Shown: positions 6,723-15,957 of the stretch, piece by piece
Layout: each line of letters begins with the position of its first letter
Position numbering within the stretch: position 1 is the stretch's first letter
Source of the DNA: a virus
Lineage: Duplodnaviria; Caudoviricetes
Length of the DNA: 27,021 nucleotides
Direction: 5' to 3' (one strand)
Virus record (IMG/VR): IMGVR_UViG_3300010358_000012
Span: 1-27,021 of that record
The notes under the pieces: model-generated
What the model was told of the DNA's origin: nothing
The model's input: the letters and a program-made list of their open reading frames with translations, nothing else
The model's database searches: none
Program-made: the position numbers and the translations under genes

Positions 6723-7414
6723 AGATCATCGACACCGACCAGCGCAGCGATCGCTGGCACAGCCTGCGCATGGGCCGGCCCACGGCGTCGCAGTTCGATC
6801 GGATCGTGCTGCCCAACGGCAAGGCCTCCGGTAAGGCCCGCGGCTACCTCTATGAGTTGCTGTGGCAGCGCCTGACCGGGCAATCCACCGACAGGGATCT
6901 CTCGCGGGTGCCGGCGGTGCAGTGGGGCATCCAGCACGAGGATGAGGCCGCGCAGCAGTTTGAGGCGATCGAGGGCAAGCGGCTCAAGCGCATCGGGTTC
7001 TGCCTCTCCGACGACCGCCGCCTCGGCTGCAGCCCCGACCGCGTCATCGAGGGCGCCAATGAGGGCGTCGAGATCAAGTGCCCGGAGGGGCCGACCCATA
7101 TCGGCAACTTGCTGGCGCCGCTCGAGCTCAACGTCGCCGGAGGTGACCCGCTCGAGCGCTACTTCGCCCAGGTGCAGGGCCAGATCTTCATCTGTGGGTT
7201 CGACCGCGTGCATCTCTTCTCGTACCGGCCGGAAGCACCGCCCACGATCATTACGGCCGAGCCGGACGCCGTGTTCATCAGCAAGATGGCAGCGCTGCTG
7301 CACCAGTTCTGCGACTCGCTCGACGCGTGTGAGAAGTTTCTGCGTGCCTTGCCGGGCGGGTTCAGACGGCTGCCCAACGACCCGCTGCCGGGGTTCCCTC
7401 AAGAGGAGGAGTGA
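6719..7414 (+). CDS. Lambda-exonuclease / YqaJ-like viral recombination nuclease
   Basis: QRSDRWHSLRMGRPTAS, WGI.HE..A, GCSPDRVI, VEIKCP (PD-(D/E)xK), Y.AQVQGQ. Confidence 0.9.
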   Translation: MKIIDTDQRSDRWHSLRMGRPTASQFDRIVLPNGKASGKARGYLYELLWQRLTGQSTDRDLSRVPAVQWGIQHEDEAAQQFEAIEGKRLKRIGFCLSDDRRLGCSPDRVIEGANEGVEIKCPEGPTHIGNLLAPLELNVAGGDPLERYFAQVQGQIFICGFDRVHLFSYRPEAPPTIITAEPDAVFISKMAALLHQFCDSLDACEKFLRALPGGFRRLPNDPLPGFPQEEE

Positions 7415-7779
7415 TGCGCGACCTCCACCAGTTGGATCGCTACCGTATTCGTGGTCACATCGCGAGCAATGTCTACGGTTGGGACGGCGACGGCACGTGC
7501 GGCTGTTTTTCCATGACGTCACCAGTGGATCATCAGCCGCTGGTTATCGTCGCCTCGTCTGAGGGCGGTTGGGACCATGTCAGTGTCAGCCGCAAAAACA
7601 GGTGCCCCAACTGGATCGAGATGGATTACGTCAAGCGGTCGTTCTTCCAAGACGACGAAACGGCAATGCAGTTGCACGTACCGCCGTCCAAGCACCTCAA
7701 CGTGCATCCGAATTGCCTGCACCTGTGGGCCCCCAACGACGGAACGGAGATCCCGCTGCCGCCGCCGATATTCGTATGA
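7411..7779 (+). CDS. Conserved phage hypothetical protein (GWDHVSVS...RCPNW.EM...HPNCLHLW)
   Basis: 122 aa; recognisable widespread phage family motif; GAGGAGG RBS. Confidence 0.85.
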   Translation: MMRDLHQLDRYRIRGHIASNVYGWDGDGTCGCFSMTSPVDHQPLVIVASSEGGWDHVSVSRKNRCPNWIEMDYVKRSFFQDDETAMQLHVPPSKHLNVHPNCLHLWAPNDGTEIPLPPPIFV

Positions 7780-7790
7780 GGATTTGACTG

Positions 7791-8048
7791 ATGCCTACCC
7801 ACGCCCGGCGAGCCACACGAGGGGCAATACAACAGTGGCAGTATATACTCCAAGAACAGCTATCCGCAGTAGATCAAGCCCTAGAAGAGCTTGGCAGGAC
7901 AACGCAAAAGCTCCAACAACTGCGAGCAGAAGTATCAGTCTTGCTGCGAGAACTCGCGCCGCAAAGTTCAGCGAACCCAAGACGCTCGCCTTCCAGGCGG
8001 CCCGATGGACCCACTCCTGGGGAAGAGACGCCGCGCCTGCTGGACTAA
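7791..8048 (+). CDS. Putative coiled-coil protein (85 aa), antisense-overlapping a membrane ORF
   Basis: GAGG 9 nt upstream; heptad-like ILQEQLSAVDQALEELGRTTQKLQQLRAEVSVLLREL; stop overlaps the stop of 8045-8392(-). Confidence 0.5.
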   Translation: MPTHARRATRGAIQQWQYILQEQLSAVDQALEELGRTTQKLQQLRAEVSVLLRELAPQSSANPRRSPSRRPDGPTPGEETPRLLD

Positions 8049-8214
8049 GCGGCGGTGTCTGGATCGTCGTCGTCGGCGTCGTGGGCGATGGCGAGCCTGG
8101 CTGGGGCTGCAGCTGCGGCGCGTCGGGCACCACTCTTTCCGCCACCACTGACATGCGTCGTCTTGAAGGCACCGGCATACTTTCTGACGGCGCTTCCTGC
8201 GTTGTCTGACTCAT
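7795..8214 (-). CDS. Putative two-TM membrane protein (holin-like candidate)
   Basis: Two hydrophobic segments (LILLLAVVGAFALSCQALL; IAVLGVYTATVVLPLVWLA); last ORF of the late operon; start uncertain (8214/8178/8154). Confidence 0.55.
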   Translation of the reverse strand: MSQTTQEAPSESMPVPSRRRMSVVAERVVPDAPQLQPQPGSPSPTTPTTTIQTPPLSPAGAASLPQEWVHRAAWKASVLGSLNFAARVLAARLILLLAVVGAFALSCQALLGLDLLRIAVLGVYTATVVLPLVWLAGRG

Positions 8215-8392
8215 TGGCCGCCACCAGCTTAATATTGCGCGTGAGATACATCCCCACCGTGGTCACCATAGCGAGGCGTTCTTTGAACGCGAACTGGTCG
8301 GGGTGCTCCTCCATCTCGCGCAGCAGGAGATCGATCTGCGCCTCGACCCGGTAGTGGATCTTGAACGGGTCACTGTTGCTGTCTTGGGCCAC
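8045..8392 (-). CDS. Hypothetical protein (115 aa)
   Basis: GTG start with GGAG upstream, overlapping the end of the 547-aa gene; protein-like composition. Confidence 0.7.
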   Translation of the reverse strand: MAQDSNSDPFKIHYRVEAQIDLLLREMEEHPDQFAFKERLAMVTTVGMYLTRNIKLVAANESDNAGSAVRKYAGAFKTTHVSGGGKSGARRAAAAAPARLAIAHDADDDDPDTAA

Positions 8393-10013
8393 TGATCTCT
8401 CCTGCCGCCTCCCCGCCAGGGATCGCTCCCCTGGGAATCTGCTGGCGCAACGGCGACTGCGCTATGTCCCGCGCGATCCCCATTCCGGTTGGGGAATACG
8501 CCGCCCCGGTCGAGATTGCGCCTGCCGCCATCGGCAATATCAGGTGGGGATCGTGGCGCGCTAGCTCCAACGCGCCTAGCCCGCCGACCGCCTCGGTGAA
8601 CCCCGACGGCACCTGACCTCCGGTGATCCGGTTCACCGCTTCAGACAAGTCCTTCATCAGTTGGGCGTCGCGGAACGGAATGTTGTCGGTTTGGTACCGT
8701 CTGCGCCCGATCTGCCTTTGCAAGGAGGCTAGGAAGCTCGATGGCGAAACCACGCTCTCCGCCCTCACTCCGGCGCCGGCCGCAGCGGCCTCCAGCACCG
8801 AATACTTGGCATAAGCCCGGCGCGCCGTGTCGCGCAGATCGCGCGCCCATTGTGGCCCGGTCGAGTGCTCCATCATGACATTCGCCATCGCCCGGTAGGC
8901 ATCGGCCAGGGCATAGTCATCGCGCGACGGGTTGGCGCTGCGCACGCTGTCGCGGGCAAGCTTGGTGAAGTTGGAAACCGCGTCGGCCAGGGTCGCGCCC
9001 TGCAACAGTCCATTGTTGTTCAGCACCGGCTCACGGAAATAGCGCACCACCGCGCGCTGGAACTCCTGGAACGCTTGGCCGGACATCCGCGCCGCCGTGT
9101 CCTGGGCCAGCGAGATGAAGTCCTGCTGGAAGCCGGGCCGGGGCGCGGTGGCCCCTGGCGGCAGCAACTGTCCGCCCTGAGCAAACGGCATCAGGCTCAG
9201 TTCCCGGTTGGCGCGATTCAGCCGCTGGGCGATCTGGCCCTCAACGTAGTTCAGACCGCCCGATCCAGCCGCGACCGGCGCGCCCCGCGCCACCAGCCCA
9301 TCCAGCACCCAATCATAGAGGCGGCGGTTGTAATCGCCGATAGTGGTTCGCAGCGCGCCCCGCGAGATCGCCGGAAACGACGGCAGGAAGCCCATCATCT
9401 TCTCCGCCACCGATCCGCCCGGCAGCAGTCGGGCCGGCGGCACCCGGATATTGTTGTCCAACAGATGCTGCGCATCAGCCGCCACTCGCGCGCCCGGAAG
9501 ACCGAACAAACCACCGGTCAGAGCACCTAGACCGGTACGCGCCCTAGCGTTGTCCCAAAACTTTCCAGGCTCCTGCGGGGTAAACAGCCCGCCAATCCCG
9601 CCCCGCAGCGCCGAGGCTCCCGTCCTCGCCAGCGTACTCAGACCCGCCTCGCCCGGCAGCAGCATATTGGCCGGCGAGATCAGACCGCCAGCGAACTCGC
9701 CCAGCGCCGGCATCGGCGCTTTCTTGGCCTCCCGCCGCACCGCCTCGAGCGGTCCCGGCAGAGAGAAGCCCAGCGCCTGGGCGATGCCCTCCGGCAGGTT
9801 CAGCACGCCCTGGAGCACCGAGGCATGGGTTGGCAGTGCGGCAGGACCTGTGAGGCCTTCCGCTTCGCCTGATGCAGCTGTGCCCAGGGCCTCGCCTAGA
9901 GATTGGCGGCCCCTGGCCGGCGGCTGGTCAGTGGCTGGCGTATCGAGCGTGAAGCCCTGCGGCACCGGCTTATCGAGGGTGAACCCTGCTGGGGGCGGTT
10001 TATCTGCCATCAC
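8370..10013 (-). CDS. Putative internal virion / DNA ejection protein
   Basis: 547 aa, Ala/Gly-rich; N-terminal repeated GFTLD motif; last of three large genes after the tail genes. Confidence 0.65.
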   Translation of the reverse strand: MMADKPPPAGFTLDKPVPQGFTLDTPATDQPPARGRQSLGEALGTAASGEAEGLTGPAALPTHASVLQGVLNLPEGIAQALGFSLPGPLEAVRREAKKAPMPALGEFAGGLISPANMLLPGEAGLSTLARTGASALRGGIGGLFTPQEPGKFWDNARARTGLGALTGGLFGLPGARVAADAQHLLDNNIRVPPARLLPGGSVAEKMMGFLPSFPAISRGALRTTIGDYNRRLYDWVLDGLVARGAPVAAGSGGLNYVEGQIAQRLNRANRELSLMPFAQGGQLLPPGATAPRPGFQQDFISLAQDTAARMSGQAFQEFQRAVVRYFREPVLNNNGLLQGATLADAVSNFTKLARDSVRSANPSRDDYALADAYRAMANVMMEHSTGPQWARDLRDTARRAYAKYSVLEAAAAGAGVRAESVVSPSSFLASLQRQIGRRRYQTDNIPFRDAQLMKDLSEAVNRITGGQVPSGFTEAVGGLGALELARHDPHLILPMAAGAISTGAAYSPTGMGIARDIAQSPLRQQIPRGAIPGGEAAGEISGPRQQQ

Positions 10014-12511
10014 TCCACCGGGCTATGGTCGGAGTGATACCAATTGCCGTCCTTGCCCAGGAAGATCTTGGCGCCGCCTTTGTCGGTGGCTGACGCCTTC
10101 GCCCAGTCAGGCAGTCCGCTAGGTTGTGTCACCGCGCCTTGGATCGGGGCTAGCGGACCTTCGAACAAACTCCGCGCCTCCGGTGTCACCATTCTTTCGT
10201 TGAAGTATTTCTCCCGCTCAGGATCACCTCGCGCATACGCCTGCCGCAACGGGCCGTAGCGGCTGCGCACGAAATTGGTCAGCGTGTTGGCCGCTCCCTC
10301 CAACTGATCGGGTGAGTCGTAGGGAGCGAGCAGTTTGGCGATGCCCTCGCGATCAGCCAGGGTGCCCCCTGTGGTCGTCAACAGGCGGATCACTTCGTCG
10401 CCGGTAATGGTTCCCGCCAGGGCGAACGCAATGACCTCCGGCGATCCAAACTCGGTCGCCAGACGCTGCTGCATCCGGGTGATGGTTTGGTTATTGCCGG
10501 TTTTCAATGCGGCGGCGTATTGCCGGAACAGCCCGATATGATCGGCAATCGTGTTGAGTGAGATCAAGTTGCGGCCGTTGAGGCCCTGGCCGAACCCATT
10601 CTCGATCGCTTCAACCGCCCGCTTCTGGCCCGCATATTTGATGGCCTGAGCGCCTTCATCGAAAATGCCCAGCGCCTTCTGCGCCAGCGGATAGGCCTGC
10701 TGGACCAACCGCTGTGTCTCTTTGTCCCGGCCCAGTCCAACCCCCGGCGTCTTGCCTTGCTGCACGGCAAGCTTCGCCATTTCCCAGATATCCGGCCTGA
10801 CCCCCGGCGGCGGCGAGTGCGGCGATCCTGGCCACGCATCGGGCATATCGGGCAGCGGTGGCGGCGCTGCGCTCGCACCAGCGCCTTTGAACGCCCGTTG
10901 GCGGGCGGCCATGAACTCAGCTCGCTTTTGGCTGATCTGTCGGTCGGTCGCTTTCGGGTTCTGCTCCTTCCACTCCTCCAGATCGGCGTCCGCCGCCTCG
11001 CGGGCGAGCCTACGGTTCTCGGCCGCTTCTTCCTGGGTCTCGGTCTCCGCGCGTGGCTTCGCCTCGCGCTGCTGGCGGGCGGTGGCCCTGGCCTGGGCGA
11101 TCTGGCCCGCTGACGGCTCCTTGCCGTCGTGATCCTGCTTGTATTGCTCAACGAAGTCGTTGACGTCCGCATCGACGGCCGCGTCGATCACCCGCTGATC
11201 CTCCGCCGTTTTCCGCTGCGTCTCGCTCTCCGGCTTCGCCTTCAACTCCTGGGTCGCGGCGGCCAGGTTGTTGAAGTGCGCGTGCCGCATCTCGTCGTCG
11301 GTGGGCTCGCGGCCGTTGTCCCGGACGAATTGCTCGCGGTAGTCCCGATCCCGCGCCGCCACCTCGGCGGCGATCTCCTTGTGCTGCTCCTGCGCCTGCT
11401 GCCATTTCGCCAGCGGCTGATTCAACTGATCACGGCGCTCGTTGATCCGGAACGCGGCGTCGAACTGCTTGTTCTGCGCCATCTGCATCAGGTGCCGGTC
11501 CTGGAACCGCCCGGCGATGTCCATCAGTTCACGCTGCAGCCCGTCGGGGTTCTTGTCTTTGTCGAACTGGATGAAGGCATCACCGACCGCCTGTCCTTCC
11601 AGGGCCTCCATGTCCTGGTGCTGCTTCATCGCCAGTTCCCATTCCTGGGACCGCATCTTGAAGTCCAGCTGGTCGCCGTTCTGCCGCGCCCGCGCCATCG
11701 CGCCGTAGGCCTCGAGCGCAATGCCCAGCGGCATCCCTGAGGCAAGGGCGGCAATCGGCAGCAACAGCCCGGCGAACCCCATCAGCGACGGCACATCGCG
11801 CTGCGTCGGCATCAGCCCTGGCGGGCCGCCTATCATCCAGCTTGGATCACGCCGGCCCCACTGGTCCGGCCCGCGCGGCTGCGGTGAGACCAGGTTCTGG
11901 TTGCCCATCGCCTCGGTCACCTTGCGGGAGTAGGCGAAGGTCGGATCGCCCCTGGCACCGCCATACTCCTGCAGCGCGGCCTGGAAATTGCCGTTGTGCT
12001 TGCGCAGCAGTGTTTGCATGTAGCGCCCACCGGCATCGAGCGCGCGCGGCGCGTCGGTCGGATCGACCCCGAACTGGCGCGCCGTTCCCGGCATGAACTG
12101 CACGATCCCTCTGGCGTTCTGCACCGAGCCGTCCGCCATCCGGACCGGCGGCCCGACGGCGTCGGGGTTGCCCTGGCTTTCGACCTCGACCAGCCCGCGC
12201 ATTGTCCCCGGCGGCAGGCCGTATTTCTGCTCGATCTGTGGGTAGAGGCGGCTGAAGTCGGGATAGCCGCGATCGCTCGTCGGATACTGCGAATAGTCGG
12301 GGCGGGTCAGCGAGGCGACTTGCTGACGATCCGGCGGCGGCTCCGTCGGTCCGGCCGGCCGCGGGGTCTGCTGCAGAAAGCTCAGCAGCGTGGGCGCGAG
12401 CGGCGCCGATAACCCCAACTGCGGAGGGCGTGGCAGCGAGATAGTGGGAGCTGGAGACGCCGCCGTCGGGGCGTCGTCATCGCTCCGGTCCTGGGTGAGC
12501 GAGGTGCTCAT
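10010..12511 (-). CDS. Internal virion/ejection protein with soluble lytic transglycosylase domain
   Basis: LVEVESQGNPDAV (catalytic Glu), ARGIVQFMPGTARQFG, AGGRYM..L, AALQEY at about 11960-12240; long helical remainder. Confidence 0.85.
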   Translation of the reverse strand: MSTSLTQDRSDDDAPTAASPAPTISLPRPPQLGLSAPLAPTLLSFLQQTPRPAGPTEPPPDRQQVASLTRPDYSQYPTSDRGYPDFSRLYPQIEQKYGLPPGTMRGLVEVESQGNPDAVGPPVRMADGSVQNARGIVQFMPGTARQFGVDPTDAPRALDAGGRYMQTLLRKHNGNFQAALQEYGGARGDPTFAYSRKVTEAMGNQNLVSPQPRGPDQWGRRDPSWMIGGPPGLMPTQRDVPSLMGFAGLLLPIAALASGMPLGIALEAYGAMARARQNGDQLDFKMRSQEWELAMKQHQDMEALEGQAVGDAFIQFDKDKNPDGLQRELMDIAGRFQDRHLMQMAQNKQFDAAFRINERRDQLNQPLAKWQQAQEQHKEIAAEVAARDRDYREQFVRDNGREPTDDEMRHAHFNNLAAATQELKAKPESETQRKTAEDQRVIDAAVDADVNDFVEQYKQDHDGKEPSAGQIAQARATARQQREAKPRAETETQEEAAENRRLAREAADADLEEWKEQNPKATDRQISQKRAEFMAARQRAFKGAGASAAPPPLPDMPDAWPGSPHSPPPGVRPDIWEMAKLAVQQGKTPGVGLGRDKETQRLVQQAYPLAQKALGIFDEGAQAIKYAGQKRAVEAIENGFGQGLNGRNLISLNTIADHIGLFRQYAAALKTGNNQTITRMQQRLATEFGSPEVIAFALAGTITGDEVIRLLTTTGGTLADREGIAKLLAPYDSPDQLEGAANTLTNFVRSRYGPLRQAYARGDPEREKYFNERMVTPEARSLFEGPLAPIQGAVTQPSGLPDWAKASATDKGGAKIFLGKDGNWYHSDHSPVE

Positions 12512-14037
12512 GTCGGGATAACGTCAGTGTCGGTCGCGATCCCTGCCGGGGTGGACCAGAGGTCAGCCACCTGAGACGTCGGTGTGCCGACCACTCCGGA
12601 CCCGGCCCCCTCCGCGGTCGACCAGAAATTGGCGACATCGGACGGCGACGAACCGCCGCCCCCGAACAATCGATTGAGGATGCCGCCGAGATCTCTGCCC
12701 AGCCCGCCACCCGCGGATTTGTTGCCGAGGCCAGCGATGGTGTTGATCAGCGACTGATAGGCCGCCTGATAATCGCGGCTGGCGTTGGTGATGTTCGTGC
12801 CTGCCCCGCCCAGGAAACTCTCCCCGCCCTGCAGCGCGGACAGCCCGAGCTTCTCCTCCAACGCCGCCAGTTCGGCGCTTTCGGCCTCGGACCGCAATTG
12901 GTTGGCGTTGCGATCCTGGGTCTCCATGGTCGACCCGCCCAGGCCCAGATCAGCATAGCGACCGGACGTGCTGAGGTTCATCTGATCGAGCGTGCTCTTC
13001 ACCAGCGCCTGATCGGCCGGCGTCAACTGCCCCGATGCACCGGCCAGCAACTGACTGAGCCCGACACCGGAGACCGCGGTTCCCAAGCCGGTCTGCAACC
13101 CGCCCAACGAGGCCAGTTGCCCGGTATAGGGATTGCCGGTCAGGTTGATCGCCATTGGTGTGCCTCCAGTGCCACCTGTTGTGCCGCCCGATCCGCTGGT
13201 GGCGAGCGAGGCGACCTTTTGCGCGAGGTTCACCCCTTTGAGGGCAGTATCTGTCCAGCTTGGCAATCCGAGCGAGGATAACGGGTGAGAGAGAAAGCCA
13301 AACAGGCCACTGCCGCCGGTGGTCGTGCCCGTCCCACCAGCTGCAGCACCACCCGCACTCCCCGCCACGTCAGCCGCGGTTGCCGGTTCTGCGGTGGTCG
13401 CCCCGAGCGTGATGTCACCGGCCGCAGTACCCGCCTCGGCACCTGCGCTCGTCGCCCCTGCCCCCGCCAGTTCCGGCCCGAGCAACGACGCGGCACCACC
13501 CACCGCCAGGGGGAACCCCAGCGTCGCGATCGCGCCGGCCGGGGTGCCGAGGAACCCACTGATCCCGGACCGGTTCTTCGCCGCATTGCGGTAGATATCG
13601 CGCAATTGTTGCAGCGCGTAATCGTTGAGGCTGCTCTCTCCCTGCGGGGTCAGAACGCCATAGCCGGCCTCATTGATGGTGAAGTTCGGATTGCCCTGCG
13701 TGGGGTTGAACGGCGATCCCTCCACGCCGACCGGGATCTGCATACCTCCACCGTAGTGCGAGGTATTGGCAGTCATCCGCTCGTACATCGTGGTGTACTG
13801 CGAGGGGTCCATCGGCACAGCGCCGGCCGGCGGGCTGCCGCCGTATTGCAGGTTCGTCCAGTAGTCTTTGGCGGCCGGGCTGCCCGGTGGCGGGGTCAGA
13901 CCAAACGGCCCCCATTGGCTCGACGGGACACCGGCCGGCTGGGTGCCGCCCGCGGGATAGGCCGCGGAGACCTGCGCCCACTGCGCCGAGGTCATGGTGG
14001 GATCGGTGAGCGACGGCAGCGCGGTGGTGCCACTCAT
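12508..14037 (-). CDS. Putative DNA ejection/pilot protein (Gly/Ala/Thr-rich)
   Basis: 509 aa, low complexity with hydrophobic patches; position matches podovirus ejection genes. Confidence 0.6.
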   Translation of the reverse strand: MSGTTALPSLTDPTMTSAQWAQVSAAYPAGGTQPAGVPSSQWGPFGLTPPPGSPAAKDYWTNLQYGGSPPAGAVPMDPSQYTTMYERMTANTSHYGGGMQIPVGVEGSPFNPTQGNPNFTINEAGYGVLTPQGESSLNDYALQQLRDIYRNAAKNRSGISGFLGTPAGAIATLGFPLAVGGAASLLGPELAGAGATSAGAEAGTAAGDITLGATTAEPATAADVAGSAGGAAAGGTGTTTGGSGLFGFLSHPLSSLGLPSWTDTALKGVNLAQKVASLATSGSGGTTGGTGGTPMAINLTGNPYTGQLASLGGLQTGLGTAVSGVGLSQLLAGASGQLTPADQALVKSTLDQMNLSTSGRYADLGLGGSTMETQDRNANQLRSEAESAELAALEEKLGLSALQGGESFLGGAGTNITNASRDYQAAYQSLINTIAGLGNKSAGGGLGRDLGGILNRLFGGGGSSPSDVANFWSTAEGAGSGVVGTPTSQVADLWSTPAGIATDTDVIPT

Positions 14038-14462
14038 GCGAGGTCAATCCGGTAGCGCGGATGCGCCACGACCGCGCCCACCCGTTTCGCGAGCGCGCTG
14101 ATATCGTAGTGCGTTTCGGAGGCGAACCACCATGACCGGCACCCGCGCTCTTTCGCCCACCCCACGGAGCGCCTGAGCAGCCGGATCGCCTGCCAATGCG
14201 CGCCCGGCTCGCTGCAGAGCGCCAATACGTTGCACTCCGGCCCGTCGGAGCGCCAGACCGGGGTGATAATCGCGGCCAGTAAAAATGCATCGTCAGTGCG
14301 AATAAACAGCGCCTGCGGCGCGCTCAGCACCTCGGCCAGATAGAGCAGCGTCTTGCCGGGGTCGTAGGCGCCGTAGCGCCGGTAGCCGAGCGACATCGCC
14401 CACGGCAGGTCATCGACCGCCACACGGCGGACCTCACGGGTGCCCTGCGCAGTGTCGAACAT
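14034..14462 (-). CDS. GNAT-fold-like virion assembly protein
   Basis: EVRRVAVDDLPW start; WAKERGC; ISALAKRVG; GNAT-like genes typically precede ejection genes in podoviruses. Confidence 0.6.
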   Translation of the reverse strand: MFDTAQGTREVRRVAVDDLPWAMSLGYRRYGAYDPGKTLLYLAEVLSAPQALFIRTDDAFLLAAIITPVWRSDGPECNVLALCSEPGAHWQAIRLLRRSVGWAKERGCRSWWFASETHYDISALAKRVGAVVAHPRYRIDLA

Positions 14463-14465
14463 CGG

Positions 14466-14765
14466 TCATGGGGCGTAGAGGGCCAGGGAGTAGGACGTTC
14501 CGGTGATCACCACGCCGAGCCGCGCCGTCGGTGACCCGACCGGTGGCGTGCTGACGCCGCCGACATGGAGGTCATCGATCTGGGCCTGCAACGCGGCAAC
14601 CTGGGTCTTCAGTGTCTCGACCTGGTTCTGCAACTGGCTGATGTACGAGTTCTGGTCGAGGAAGTTCAGCGCATCGGCGAGCCGGAAGAACCGGCTGCCG
14701 GGCTGCAACAGCGTAGTCGAGGCCGGGATCAGCCGCTGGCCGGCGGCCGTATCCAGTGGCGGCAT
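14466..14765 (-). CDS. Short coiled-coil virion protein (tail needle/plug-like candidate)
   Basis: Heptads ISQLQNQVETLKTQVAALQAQIDDL followed by a short beta-rich tip. Confidence 0.6.
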   Translation of the reverse strand: MPPLDTAAGQRLIPASTTLLQPGSRFFRLADALNFLDQNSYISQLQNQVETLKTQVAALQAQIDDLHVGGVSTPPVGSPTARLGVVITGTSYSLALYAP

Positions 14766-15043
14766 CAGCGGCGCCGTGCGATCAGCGTTGACTCAGCATC
14801 GTATGGCACCCGCCCGATCGGATCGTGTGATCGCTGACTGACCCGGTCGATGCCAAAGTCACTGGCGCTGGCGCCGTCGACACTTGCGGTGCCGACGCGA
14901 GGGCCGGCACCTGGGGCCGTACCCCACCGCAAAGGCCCTGCGAGTGAGCGATCTGAGTTCAACAGACCGTCCGGCGTCTGCGTGAGCGCCCTCGGACTGC
15001 GGGCCTGCCCCTCGTACGGCCAACTGCGCCTCCTGTCAGGCAT
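14765..15043 (-). CDS. Hypothetical protein (92 aa)
   Basis: GGAGG RBS at 15050-15054 before ATG 15043; TGATG overlap with the downstream gene. Confidence 0.7.
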   Translation of the reverse strand: MPDRRRSWPYEGQARSPRALTQTPDGLLNSDRSLAGPLRWGTAPGAGPRVGTASVDGASASDFGIDRVSQRSHDPIGRVPYDAESTLIARRR

Positions 15044-15079
15044 ATTATTCCTCCAAAGCAATCATTTTGGGGTTTTCCT

Positions 15080-15163
15080 TTAGGAACGCACGCGCTTACG
15101 GCGGTGTGCCTTGCGCATGTTACGCCGCCGCGCGGCTCTTTGTTTGTAGCTCCCCTTGGCCAT
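15080..15163 (-). CDS. Tiny basic peptide MAKGSYKQRAARRRNMRKAHRRKRVRS (27 aa)
   Basis: ATG 15163 with AGGGG upstream; fills the gap between genes; similar in character to neighbouring Arg-rich peptides. Confidence 0.55.
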   Translation of the reverse strand: MAKGSYKQRAARRRNMRKAHRRKRVRS

Positions 15164-15638
15164 AGTAGAGATCCCCTGTCGACTGTCGTTCGGCTCGGAA
15201 AAACGGCCCGTCCCTGCGGAGTTGTCGGACGATCTCGGGCCGCACCGGAAACCGTTCGCGGTCGAGCGCATCGATCACCGCCTCCGGGGTGCGGCAGACA
15301 TAGACGTGGCAGCCGGCCCGCTCGAGCTTCGGATGTGCCGCCCGCTGCGCCTTGCTGATACTGCCGTGCGGACGCTTGAGCTCGAGCCAGACCACGCGGC
15401 CGTCGTAGATCACCTCGATATCGGGCACCCCATCCTTCATCCCGTACGCTTTGAGCCGGCCTCCGACATGCCGTGGCAGGACGTACATCCCGGCCGGGAA
15501 CGTGGTCCAGAACGCCGGTTCTAACAGAGCTCGATCGAGTAGCTGGGCGACCGACTTATGGAGTTCGTCCTCCTGCGGCTCAATGTCGGTGAGTTTGAGC
15601 GGCTTGGGCCGCCTTTTCCGGACGATCGCCCTGGTCAC
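15120..15638 (-). CDS. VRR-NUC domain nuclease (PD-(D/E)xK; probable junction resolvase)
   Basis: EDELH, GMKDGVPDI, WLELKRPHGSISKAQ, L..AG..VYVCR. Confidence 0.88.
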   Translation of the reverse strand: MTRAIVRKRRPKPLKLTDIEPQEDELHKSVAQLLDRALLEPAFWTTFPAGMYVLPRHVGGRLKAYGMKDGVPDIEVIYDGRVVWLELKRPHGSISKAQRAAHPKLERAGCHVYVCRTPEAVIDALDRERFPVRPEIVRQLRRDGPFFRAERQSTGDLYYGQGELQTKSRAAA

Positions 15639-15724
15639 TACCGGCGTCGCCCGCGACGCGCCCTCGCGGCATGGCGTGAGGCCGGAACCAGCACCATCCG
15701 GCGATGGCGTCGTCTGCGGGCCAT
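15638..15724 (-). CDS. Protamine-like peptide MARRRRHRRMVLVPASRHAARARRGRRR (28 aa)
   Basis: Strong RBS AAAGGAGGT just upstream of the ATG; TAGTG overlap with the VRR-NUC start. Confidence 0.75.
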   Translation of the reverse strand: MARRRRHRRMVLVPASRHAARARRGRRR

Positions 15725-15805
15725 TGTTACCTCCTTTGTATTGGTCGGCGGGCCGGTCAAGCCGCCCCCCGGCATGCGGTGACGATGTCCGTCATCCGCC
15801 ATCGG

Positions 15806-15955
15806 CTAGTACCGTCTGGCTTTCCGGACGGAGCGGGATGTCCCGCCGCCCTTGACCCCCCGGAAATGCGGCGGGCGCGGGAAGCGATACGACGACCCAT
15901 ACATCATCGGGGTCATCCTGAGCCGTCCCGCGCGTCTGGATTTGGCCATAGGCAT
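15806..15955 (-). CDS. Small basic protein (49 aa, MPMAKSRRAGRLRMTPMMYGSSYRFPRPPHFRGVKGGGTSRSVRKARRY)
   Basis: GGAGGT RBS upstream; begins 2 nt after the preceding stop; no acidic residues. Confidence 0.7.
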   Translation of the reverse strand: MPMAKSRRAGRLRMTPMMYGSSYRFPRPPHFRGVKGGGTSRSVRKARRY

Positions 15956-15957
15956 AG

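Noticed and set aside
15725-15802. Upstream in-frame ATG extending the 28-aa Arg-rich peptide to 54 aa
   Set aside because: No clear RBS at 15802, whereas ATG 15724 has AAAGGAGGT
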